In this document: positions 35,254 through 42,462 of the stretch, one piece after another
Numbering within the stretch: position 1 is the first letter of the stretch
Layout of the letters: each line of letters begins with the position of its first letter
DNA from: Eubacteriales bacterium
Lineage (GTDB): Bacteria; Bacillota; Clostridia; Oscillospirales; CAG-272
Reading direction: 5' to 3'
Length of the DNA: 63,003 nt
Assembly: GCA_045631745.1 (NCBI GenBank)
Contig: JAZQVI010000040.1
Span: 1-63,003, forward strand
Translations under genes and position numbers: made by a program
Notes under the pieces: model-generated
Told to the model about the DNA's origin: nothing
What the model saw: only the letters and a program-made list of their open reading frames with translations
Databases searched by the model: none

Positions 35254-36630
35254 TTACAGTCTCTGAAAGCGGCCCGCAGACAGCTCCTCGATCTTTTCCT
35301 CTACCTCGCTTGTGGTCAGGGTGGTCTGTCTTCCATCCTCATATTCCTTGTCGATCCATTCCTTCAAGGAAACCACCAGAGGGTCTCTCTTGTCAACCTT
35401 CTCGCTCTCTGCCAGACGATAGTTCTCGTTGATCCAATATGCAATTCCTGCAAGACCGGATGCCTTTCCGAGAAGAACCGTTGCGGGACGGTTGAGAATC
35501 TTACGCGTGTCAAAAATGTTGTAGATCTCCTCGTCCTTGAGCAGGCCGTCCGCGTGAATACCCGCGCGGGTCACGTTAAAGTTTCTTCCTACCAGAGGCG
35601 TCATGGGGGGCACCTTGTAGCCAATCTCCCGACGGAAGAAATCGCCGATCTCGGTAATCACCGTGGGATCCATGCCATCGAGGGAGCCACGCAGAGATGC
35701 GTATTCCATAATCATTGCTTCAAGCGGAATATTACCGGTTCGCTCTCCAATACCAAGCAAGGAACAGTTCACGGCACTGGCACCATAGAGCCATGCAGTG
35801 GTCGCATTGGTAACAGCCTTATAGAAATCGTTATGTCCGTGCCATTCCAGCATCTCGCTCGGCACATCCGAATAGTGCTGCAAGCCGTAAATAATGCCGG
35901 GAACGCTTCTGGGAAGCGCAACCTCCGGGTATGGCACACCATAGCCCATGGTGTCGCAAGCACGAATTCGAACGGGGATCTTGGCATCCTGCGACATCTT
36001 CATGAGTTCGTTTACAAAAGGCACCACAAAGCCGTAGAAATCCGCTCTTGTGATATCCTCAAGATGGCATCTCGGCATAACGCCTGCCTCAAACGCCTCA
36101 GCTACAGTTGCAAGATAATGCTTCATGCACTCGCTTCTGCTCATCTTCATTTTCTTAAAGATGTGATAGTCGCTGCAAGAAACGAGAATTCCCGTCTCGC
36201 GGATTCCAAGGTCACGAACCAGCTTGAAATCCTCCTTGCTCGCGCGGATCCAGGTCGTGATCTCGGGGAACTTGAGTCCAAGCTCCTGACATTTTGCAAC
36301 CGCCTCACGATCCTTCTTGCTGTAAACGAAAAATTCGGTTTGGCGAATGATTCCGTAGGGGCCGCCCAAGCGAGACATCAGCTGATAAAGCTTTACAATC
36401 TGCTCAACGGTGTACGGCTCAACAGACTGCTGGCCGTCACGGAAGGATGTGTCGGTAATCCAAATATCCTCGGGCATTCCGATCGGCACGCGGCGATGGT
36501 TGAAGGAAATACGCGGCACCTCGGAATAAGGATACAGATCACGGTACAGGTTCGGCTCGTCTACATCCTGCAGCGAGTACTTATAGTTTTTTTGCTCCAG
36601 TAAATTGGTCTTATTGGAAATTTCAAGCAT
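35254..36630 (-). CDS. isopropylmalate/homocitrate synthase-family enzyme, probable Re-citrate synthase
   Basis: 458 aa. ITDTSFRDGQQ.. HMGL-like motif. First gene of a string that continues with aconitase and IDH, as in the clostridial Re-citrate synthase context. Confidence 0.65.
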   Translation of the reverse strand: MLEISNKTNLLEQKNYKYSLQDVDEPNLYRDLYPYSEVPRISFNHRRVPIGMPEDIWITDTSFRDGQQSVEPYTVEQIVKLYQLMSRLGGPYGIIRQTEFFVYSKKDREAVAKCQELGLKFPEITTWIRASKEDFKLVRDLGIRETGILVSCSDYHIFKKMKMSRSECMKHYLATVAEAFEAGVMPRCHLEDITRADFYGFVVPFVNELMKMSQDAKIPVRIRACDTMGYGVPYPEVALPRSVPGIIYGLQHYSDVPSEMLEWHGHNDFYKAVTNATTAWLYGASAVNCSLLGIGERTGNIPLEAMIMEYASLRGSLDGMDPTVITEIGDFFRREIGYKVPPMTPLVGRNFNVTRAGIHADGLLKDEEIYNIFDTRKILNRPATVLLGKASGLAGIAYWINENYRLAESEKVDKRDPLVVSLKEWIDKEYEDGRQTTLTTSEVEEKIEELSAGRFQRL

Positions 36631-36653
36631 AGTTCAGACCTCCTTTGTACATC

Positions 36654-36690
36654 TGTATACAATTATACACATATACCGCCATTTTGTCAA
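36654..36690 (-). promoter_or_regulatory. promoter of the citrate-synthase operon with an adjacent TGTATACA palindrome
   Basis: Minus strand TTGACA (36685-36690), 17-nt spacer, TATAAT (36662-36667), immediately followed by TGTATACA (36654-36661). The palindrome has a GT-N-AC core as in GntR operators. Confidence 0.5.
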
Positions 36691-36729
36691 TAGAAAACAA
36701 GAAAAAAACACCGTGGAATGTGTTTTTTC

Positions 36730-36758
36730 TTGACAAAATCTACATTTAAAGCTATAAT
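36730..36758 (+). promoter_or_regulatory. sigma-A type promoter of yfcE-like gene
   Basis: TTGACA, 17-nt spacer, TATAAT. Confidence 0.55.
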
Positions 36759-36788
36759 GAAAGAAAGTCCATTTCGAAAGGATTCTCT

Positions 36789-37349
36789 ATGAAACTATTT
36801 ATCGCATCCGACCTTCACGGTTCTGCATATTACTGCGAAAAATTGATCAATGCCATCGAAAGGGAGGCTCCCGATCAGATCCTTCTTCTCGGCGATCTCC
36901 TTTATCACGGCCCGCGAAACGACCTTCCACAGGATTATGCTCCCAAAAAAGTGATCGAGATGCTAAACGCGATTTCCAGCGATCTGCTTTGCGTGAGAGG
37001 AAACTGTGAGGCCGAGGTCGACCAGATGGTTCTCAACTTCCCTGTTCTTGCAGATTACGCCTGGCTGTGTGTGAATGGTCTTCGGATCTTTGCAACCCAC
37101 GGGCACCACCACTCCGAACAGAATCCCCCTCCCTTCAAAAAAGGCGATATTCTTCTTTGCGGACACACTCATATTCCGGCATGGAACTGCCATGACAATT
37201 TTTATTATCTCAATCCGGGCTCTCTTTCAATTCCAAAGGAGCAATCCTACCACAGCTATATGATCTTGGATGAGCAGACCTTTTCCTGGAAAGACCTTGA
37301 CGGCCATACGTATCACACCATGACCGTCGAGCATACAACGGAGAACTAA
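36789..37349 (+). CDS. yfcE: YfcE-family metallophosphoesterase (phosphodiesterase)
   Basis: 186 aa. ..ASDLHGS.., ..LLGDLLYHGPRN.LP..YAPKKV.., ..VRGNCEAEVDQM.., ..THGH.., ..GHTH.. closely parallels E. coli YfcE. Confidence 0.9.
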   Translation: MKLFIASDLHGSAYYCEKLINAIEREAPDQILLLGDLLYHGPRNDLPQDYAPKKVIEMLNAISSDLLCVRGNCEAEVDQMVLNFPVLADYAWLCVNGLRIFATHGHHHSEQNPPPFKKGDILLCGHTHIPAWNCHDNFYYLNPGSLSIPKEQSYHSYMILDEQTFSWKDLDGHTYHTMTVEHTTEN

Positions 37350-37351
37350 CA

Positions 37352-38128
37352 ATGTCATTTCCATTTTCGAAATGCCCTCGCGTTATGTGCTTCACAGCCG
37401 AATGCGGTGCAAAGAAATGGTCGATCGGCAAAAAAACAATTCATGCAAAGAACGATCTGATCATTTATCACGAGAATGCAGAGGTGCAATACACCACAGA
37501 GGATTTGATCCTGCACGCGCTTCCCAAAAGTGTGTTGTTTCTGCCACGCGGCTACTCTGCGACGGCTCAGGTTCTACACGGCGAATCTGTTACCGTCATC
37601 GAATTCGAGCTGTGCGAACAGGAATCCTCGCCTCTGAATCTTTCCCTCACTACAAGCACGGCCCCCTCGAGACTGAAGAACCGTTTTCTGCATTTTGCAT
37701 CGGAATGTACAAAGCCACGCACCCTATCATCGGAATGCTCTATGCTGACGGATTTTTACAGCATTCTCCATGAATTGAGCCGAAACACGAAAGACGGAAA
37801 TCGACAGACACTGCAAGAGGAAAAGATCCGTCCGTCCGTGGCTTACATGGAACGTCATTTTTCAGACAAAAAGCTTCACATCAAACAAATTGCAGCTCTG
37901 TCCGGCATCAGCCAAACGTATTTCAGAACTCTTTTTCAGAGACAATACGGCTGCACGCCTCTCCAATATATCAATCAAAAGAAGTTGGAGCGTGCAAAAT
38001 CGTTGCTACAGGAAACCGATCTGCCCATTTCGGAGATCGAGGCAGCCTGCGGATTCCGCGACCACGCATATTTTGTTAAGCAATTTGAGAATGTTTACGG
38101 CTCGCACCCCGAGTCTCTTCGTCCGTAA
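37352..38128 (+). CDS. AraC-family transcriptional regulator
   Basis: 258 aa with a C-terminal double HTH: ..IAALSGISQTYFRTLFQRQYGCTPLQYI..ISEIEAACGFRDHAYFVKQF. Confidence 0.88.
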   Translation: MSFPFSKCPRVMCFTAECGAKKWSIGKKTIHAKNDLIIYHENAEVQYTTEDLILHALPKSVLFLPRGYSATAQVLHGESVTVIEFELCEQESSPLNLSLTTSTAPSRLKNRFLHFASECTKPRTLSSECSMLTDFYSILHELSRNTKDGNRQTLQEEKIRPSVAYMERHFSDKKLHIKQIAALSGISQTYFRTLFQRQYGCTPLQYINQKKLERAKSLLQETDLPISEIEAACGFRDHAYFVKQFENVYGSHPESLRP

Positions 38129-38169
38129 GAGGACAAGCTTATTCCCATCTTTTACCCAACGGAGGAACT

Positions 38170-39264
38170 ATGAAACGCAGAATTCTTACTACCCTGCTTG
38201 CTCTGGCGGCCATTCTGTCCATGACGATGGTTTCCTGCAAAAACAAAACGAACGATTCTTCCAACGATGTCGTCGGTGCAGACGGCACTGCGGGAGGCTC
38301 CGACATCAAAGTTGGAGAGATCGAGACACTTGACCGTGTTTTAAATCTTCGCCTTTACACAGAAAAAGACGGTGACAAGTACTATGCAGTCGTTGGCTTC
38401 ACAAAAAATCAGCAGAACACCTTGACCATTCCAGCAACCTTTAAGGATCTTCCCGTTCGCGTGATCGCAGACGGTGCATTCAAGGGGTGCAAGCAGATCA
38501 CTTCTCTGTCCATTCCCGAAGGTATAACCGTCATTGGAAAAATGGCTTTCGACGATTGCGATAAAATCACGGAAGTCGTCATTCCCGATTCCGTCATCTC
38601 CCTTGGAGAGCGCGCGTTCAGTGACTGCGACACCCTTGCAAGCGTGAGCATTGGCAACGGCTTGCATACCATCTCGGAGAGTGCATTCTACAGCTGTGAC
38701 AAGCTGACGGCAATTCAGTTCGGTTCCTCTGTGCGTGTGATCGATCACGCCGCATTTGCAAACTGCTATGCGCTTGAGGAAATAGTCCTTCCCCGCGAGC
38801 TTACCTCTCTCGGCGAAAGAGCATTCCGTTACTGCAACAAGCTGAAAAAAATTCAGCTTTTTGATCAACTCACGAAAATCGGTGAAGACGCTTTCTTCGG
38901 ATGCACCGAGCTGATCACAACCGAATCCGAGGGGGCGCGCTATCTGGGCAATGACGAGAATCCCTATCTGCTTCTGTGTGATATTTCCGACAAAACCATA
39001 ACGGAATACACGCTCCGCGCAGACACGCTCTACGTTATGCAGTCTGTTTTTGCAGATTGCAGCAAGCTGACCTCCGTTACCCTTCCCTCGTCAGTCAAGC
39101 TTCTCTCCGAAAAGGTATTTGATCGCTGCACCGCGCTGACTACCATTCAGTTTGGTGGCACGACGGAGGAATGGAACGCCCTTCACAAGATCAATCTTTG
39201 GGATAACCAAACCGGTAATTACACGGTTGTTTGTACCAACGGAACACTTTCGAAAAGCTCATAA
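38170..39264 (+). CDS. lipoprotein with BspA-type leucine-rich repeats
   Basis: 364 aa. Lipobox SMTMVSC. Repeated ..I(P/G)..V..IG..AF..C..L..(I/V).. units of about 23 aa. Confidence 0.82.
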   Translation: MKRRILTTLLALAAILSMTMVSCKNKTNDSSNDVVGADGTAGGSDIKVGEIETLDRVLNLRLYTEKDGDKYYAVVGFTKNQQNTLTIPATFKDLPVRVIADGAFKGCKQITSLSIPEGITVIGKMAFDDCDKITEVVIPDSVISLGERAFSDCDTLASVSIGNGLHTISESAFYSCDKLTAIQFGSSVRVIDHAAFANCYALEEIVLPRELTSLGERAFRYCNKLKKIQLFDQLTKIGEDAFFGCTELITTESEGARYLGNDENPYLLLCDISDKTITEYTLRADTLYVMQSVFADCSKLTSVTLPSSVKLLSEKVFDRCTALTTIQFGGTTEEWNALHKINLWDNQTGNYTVVCTNGTLSKSS

Positions 39265-39270
39265 AGCAAC

Positions 39271-39310
39271 AAAAAAAGCATCGGTCAGACGTATCTGACC
39301 GATGCTTTTC
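39271..39310. terminator. bidirectional intrinsic terminator (LRR lipoprotein / nitroreductase)
   Basis: AGCATCGGTCAGA / TCTGACCGATGCT 13-bp stem flanked by an A-run and a T-run. Confidence 0.85.
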
Positions 39311-39344
39311 GTTTCGCGGTACTCATACGAAACTCAAAAAAACA

Positions 39345-39866
39345 TTATTGGAACTCTTCATAAAAAACAGTTTCATCAATCGGACGAGATTGAAAATGCA
39401 TATCAAGGGGCTTTGCATCATCCGATGGATATCCCATCACAAGCAAGGCGATCGGCTCAATGTGATCGGGAATGTGATAATTCTCCCGCATTGCGGCTGG
39501 GTCAAAGCTCATCACCCAACAGGAACCGACTCCTTCATTTTTGGCTGCGAGCATCAAATACGTCGTGACAATAGCCGCATCCACGGGAGAAGCAAGTGCG
39601 CCGTCGTATCTTCTCACCCAGCTTTCCTCTCGGTTATGGCAAACAAGCATTGCCGTCGGCGCATGAAAGTGGCTTCTGGTGCAGTTCTTAAGTTTTTCAA
39701 TCGAATCGTCGGTGTTCAGCACAAGGATTCTTTGCGGTTGGTTATTACACCCTGTGGGTGCTTTGTGACCTACAAGCAGAATTCGATCTATCACATCTTT
39801 CGGCAAATGTTCCGGTTTGAAGCTGCGTACAGAATATCGCTCTGTAATCAGTTGTTCGAAATCCAT
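39345..39866 (-). CDS. nitroreductase-family protein
   Basis: 173 aa MDFEQLITERYSVRSFKPE..APTGCNNQPQR.. AAAGGAG RBS before the ATG at 39866. Confidence 0.88.
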   Translation of the reverse strand: MDFEQLITERYSVRSFKPEHLPKDVIDRILLVGHKAPTGCNNQPQRILVLNTDDSIEKLKNCTRSHFHAPTAMLVCHNREESWVRRYDGALASPVDAAIVTTYLMLAAKNEGVGSCWVMSFDPAAMRENYHIPDHIEPIALLVMGYPSDDAKPLDMHFQSRPIDETVFYEEFQ

Positions 39867-39906
39867 TTTATTCTCCTTTGGGGACATTTTTTATACTTTA
39901 CGGGAA

Positions 39907-40101
39907 TTATATTTGCTTTTGCACGCTTTTATATTCATCATAAAAACGATAGTACGGGCAAGTTCTCGTGCTCCCGGACAAAAATCGTATCATTTCGTCC
40001 TCGTCAAGATTCACGCTGCACTCGTAGTCCTCGTAGTCTTCGTTGTAGTCATAGAACACGCAGGTTTCGCATGTTCCTGCTTGCTTCTTTTCGGTTGTCA
40101 T
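39907..40101 (-). CDS. small acidic Cys-rich protein (CxxC ... C ... C), function unknown
   Basis: 64 aa MTTEKKQAGTCETCVFYDYNEDYEDYECSVNLDEDEMIRFLSGSTRTCPYYRFYDEY. AGGAGG RBS. Looks like a conserved clostridial small-protein family, but I cannot name it with confidence. Confidence 0.65.
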   Translation of the reverse strand: MTTEKKQAGTCETCVFYDYNEDYEDYECSVNLDEDEMIRFLSGSTRTCPYYRFYDEYKSVQKQI

Positions 40102-40206
40102 CGTGCACCTCCTTGAAGGGATATCTTATTATACACGATTCTGCCGAAAAAGTAAAGATAATGAGAAAATTTATGATAACTTTTTTGGAATTTTCCCAAA
40201 AAAGAC

Positions 40207-40235
40207 TTGCAATTTCAAAAAATGTGTGCTATAAT
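40207..40235 (+). promoter_or_regulatory. sigma-A type promoter of tRNA-Val
   Basis: TTGCAA, 17-nt spacer, (TGc)TATAAT, 13 nt upstream of the tRNA 5' end. Confidence 0.7.
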
Positions 40236-40248
40236 ATCCCCGTTGCAT

Positions 40249-40325
<77 letters not shown>

Positions 40326-40330
40326 AAAAA

Positions 40331-40360
40331 GATCCCCCCGTATAAACGAGGGGATCTTTT
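40331..40360 (+). terminator. intrinsic terminator 1 (after tRNA-Val)
   Basis: GATCCCC..GGGGATC hairpin flanked by AAAAA and TTTTTT. Confidence 0.75.
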
Positions 40361-40376
40361 TTGCTGAAAAAGCATC

Positions 40377-40501
40377 GGAACGAAGAACTCCGCAAATCTC
40401 GCGCCAAGCGAGATTTTGCCAAAGCGCGCGATAAGACAGAATAGAGGTCAAGCACAGAATCAAACCGCGCGCTTGAGTTCAGAGTCTCCCTGTTTCCACC
40501 A
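40377..40501 (+). ncRNA. tRNA-Val-derived tRNA-like unit A (degenerate, about 50 nt longer than a tRNA); expression unknown
   Basis: The 3' 27 nt, GAGTTCaGAGTCTCCCTGTTTCCACCA, equal the tRNA T-arm/acceptor/CCA with a 1-nt insertion. The 5' end GGAACGAAGAACTCCG resembles GGAAGCATAGCTCAG. The middle holds hairpin AAATCTCGC/GCGAGATTT and stem AGCGCGCG/CGCGCGCT. Confidence 0.5.
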
Positions 40502-40506
40502 AAAAA

Positions 40507-40540
40507 GAACTCCAACATGCTGTGTTGGAGTTCTTTTTTT
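40507..40540 (+). terminator. intrinsic terminator 2 (after unit A)
   Basis: GAACTCCAACA / TGTTGGAGTTC hairpin followed by TTTTTTT. The stem sequence is unrelated to terminator 1. Confidence 0.75.
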
Positions 40541-40552
40541 GCTGAAGAGCTT

Positions 40553-40675
40553 GGAACAAAGAGCTCTGTAAATCTCGCATTGCGAGATTTACCAAAGCGC
40601 GCGACAAAAGATACTGTTGGAAAGCCAAAGAATTAAAAACGCGTGTATGAGTTCAGAGTCTCCCTGTTTCCACCA
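40553..40675 (+). ncRNA. tRNA-Val-derived tRNA-like unit B (degenerate, expanded); expression unknown
   Basis: Same 27-nt 3' end as unit A, 5' GGAACAAAGAGCTCTG, and the same AAATCTCGC/GCGAGATTT hairpin. The second stem is kept as GCGCGCG/CGCGTGT through G-U-compatible changes. Confidence 0.5.
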
Positions 40676-40678
40676 AAA

Positions 40679-40711
40679 GAAGACCCCCAGCACTTTGTGC
40701 CGGGGGTCTTC
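40679..40711. terminator. intrinsic terminator 3 (after unit B; also serves the convergent XRE/TPR gene)
   Basis: GAAGACCCCC..GGGGGTCTTC hairpin followed by TTTACTTTT. The regulator stop codon is at 40719. Confidence 0.7.
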
Positions 40712-40718
40712 TTTACTT

Positions 40719-41603
40719 TTAGTTTTCTCTCAAAAGTTTTTCCAAAAGCTGCACGCGCTCGTTCGAATAACGATATGCACCCTTGAAATCCTCGATCTCT
40801 CTGCAACAGATCTCAAGATCGCTCAGAATCGCCAAAAGACTAATCTCATTGAGCAAAATCTCTGCTTCCAAAAGGCTCAACAATGCTTCCCTTGCCTCTT
40901 CGAATTTACTCCGGTTCATCAAACTCTTGATATTCAAATGGGCGCAGAAAAGGGATTCATCCGAATAAACCTGAGCAAAATGCTCTGCCGGAGCCTCATC
41001 GCCGTTTTCCAATGCTTCCAACGCTCCTAAATACCGTGAAAAAGCGTTTCTGCAAATAACAGACCTTGTCGCCCCATCGTCCAACACGTCCGAGTACAGC
41101 ATGGGCGAAATCCGTTCCATATAACGGAAATACACCTCTGCCTCAGCATAAATATGCTCTGCAGGATAGAGTGTATCCGCCGCATACAGCATCGCCTCGT
41201 CAAAAAATCGGCAGGCCTGACGGATCTTCCCTTCCCAAAAAAGGGATTTCGCAATTTCAAGATCACAGTTGGCAAGAATCAGCCGAATTTCATCGTCCGG
41301 CTCGGAACAAGACGAAAGGCAAAGACTTCGACATCCCGTCCAATCCCCTACGCGGTATGCCCTTTTAATGTTCGGCAGTGCGCTCATTTTCTGATAAGCG
41401 AGCTCGTCGCCCTCCTCTGCTAAAAGAAAGCCAACAGGAACATTGAGTGCCTTAGCGATATACCGAATAGTAGAAAGTGATGGTTGCGCGCTCCCGTTTT
41501 CTATGCAACTAAGCATATTTCGGGTAATCTGATTACCGGCAAGCTCTGACTGAGTCATGAGCTTTGCAACTCGCAAAGAACGAATTTTTTCACCGATATT
41601 CAT
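40719..41603 (-). CDS. XRE-family HTH regulator with C-terminal helical (TPR-like) domain, RNPP/Rgg-like architecture
   Basis: 294 aa. N-terminal IGEKIRSLRVAKLMTQSELAG..ISR..LSCIENG...PSL.TI.YIAKALNVPVGFLL, followed by about 220 aa of helical repeats. Confidence 0.8.
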   Translation of the reverse strand: MNIGEKIRSLRVAKLMTQSELAGNQITRNMLSCIENGSAQPSLSTIRYIAKALNVPVGFLLAEEGDELAYQKMSALPNIKRAYRVGDWTGCRSLCLSSCSEPDDEIRLILANCDLEIAKSLFWEGKIRQACRFFDEAMLYAADTLYPAEHIYAEAEVYFRYMERISPMLYSDVLDDGATRSVICRNAFSRYLGALEALENGDEAPAEHFAQVYSDESLFCAHLNIKSLMNRSKFEEAREALLSLLEAEILLNEISLLAILSDLEICCREIEDFKGAYRYSNERVQLLEKLLREN

Positions 41604-41642
41604 AGCGTACCATCACTTTCACAAGGTATTCACAATCGAAAA

Positions 41643-42275
41643 TCAGAGTTCAAACTCCTCATCTTCATATGTATATTCTTCTGCCTCGAGTTCCTCGATC
41701 GCATTCTGAACCTTTTTACCAACGGCGCGGCCCACTCTTCCGGGAATTCTTGCAGCCGCAACAATGCCGGAAGCAACCTTCATGGATGCGATATTGCAGG
41801 ACTGGCAGAACGCCTCAAAGCGTCCGGGCAGAGATTTGGAGTAAATATACTCGTCCAACAATCCGTACATACGGTCCATGTTTGCATCTACAACATCCGC
41901 AATGCGATCAACGGTCAATTCATAAATTCCATCAGCTGCTTCTCTTGCCTGACTCATGCGAATCTCGTAATCGGTCAATGCTTTCTCCTCAATGGATTTC
42001 GCCTTTGCCTGTGCAGGAGCAAGAAGATTTCTGAAATCGCCATCCATCTTCTTCATCAACTTATCATAGAGTTCAATTTTCTCAGCAGCCTCAATCGACT
42101 GGGGCGTGAGCGCCTCCTCAAGCTTCACCTCGAGCCCTGCAATCTGCTGCTGCATTGCGTCGATAGTAGCAGCTCTCTCTTGAAGCTCACCCTCGATTTT
42201 TTTCAAAACCAAGTCAACCTCATTTTTGTTATAGCCGTTGAGCTGATTTCTAAATTGAACAGAAATTTCTGACAT
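41643..42275 (-). CDS. DivIVA-domain protein
   Basis: 210 aa. F.NQLNGYNKNEVDLVLKKIE matches the DivIVA N-terminal signature. Coiled-coil middle and acidic C-terminus EEYTYEDEEFEL. Confidence 0.8.
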   Translation of the reverse strand: MSEISVQFRNQLNGYNKNEVDLVLKKIEGELQERAATIDAMQQQIAGLEVKLEEALTPQSIEAAEKIELYDKLMKKMDGDFRNLLAPAQAKAKSIEEKALTDYEIRMSQAREAADGIYELTVDRIADVVDANMDRMYGLLDEYIYSKSLPGRFEAFCQSCNIASMKVASGIVAAARIPGRVGRAVGKKVQNAIEELEAEEYTYEDEEFEL

Positions 42276-42420
42276 GCTCTATGTCCTCCAATACCTTTAC
42301 TCTCACATTCCAAATATCCGCGTACGTGATACATTTCTTCTAATATATCATATCACAAAACGAAAAATCTTTCAATGGTTTTCTACTACTTTTTTTATTT
42401 TTGGCATTTTGCACAAATAA

Positions 42421-42456
42421 AATCGGGTGCCGCGAAGCTCTGCGGCACCCTTTTTT
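42421..42456. terminator. intrinsic terminator downstream of the hydrogenase operon
   Basis: GGGTGCCGC / GCGGCACCC stem flanked by AAAAT and TTTTTT. Confidence 0.8.
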
Positions 42457-42462
42457 GGAATA

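Noticed and set aside
32536-36603. Long plus-strand ORFs (32536-34635, 699 aa; 35167-36603, 478 aa; 31634-32707, 357 aa) opposite the aconitase, citrate-synthase and IDH genes
   Set aside because: The minus-strand translations carry unmistakable enzyme motifs. The plus-strand products are Arg/Leu/Gly-rich nonsense without starts supported by an RBS.
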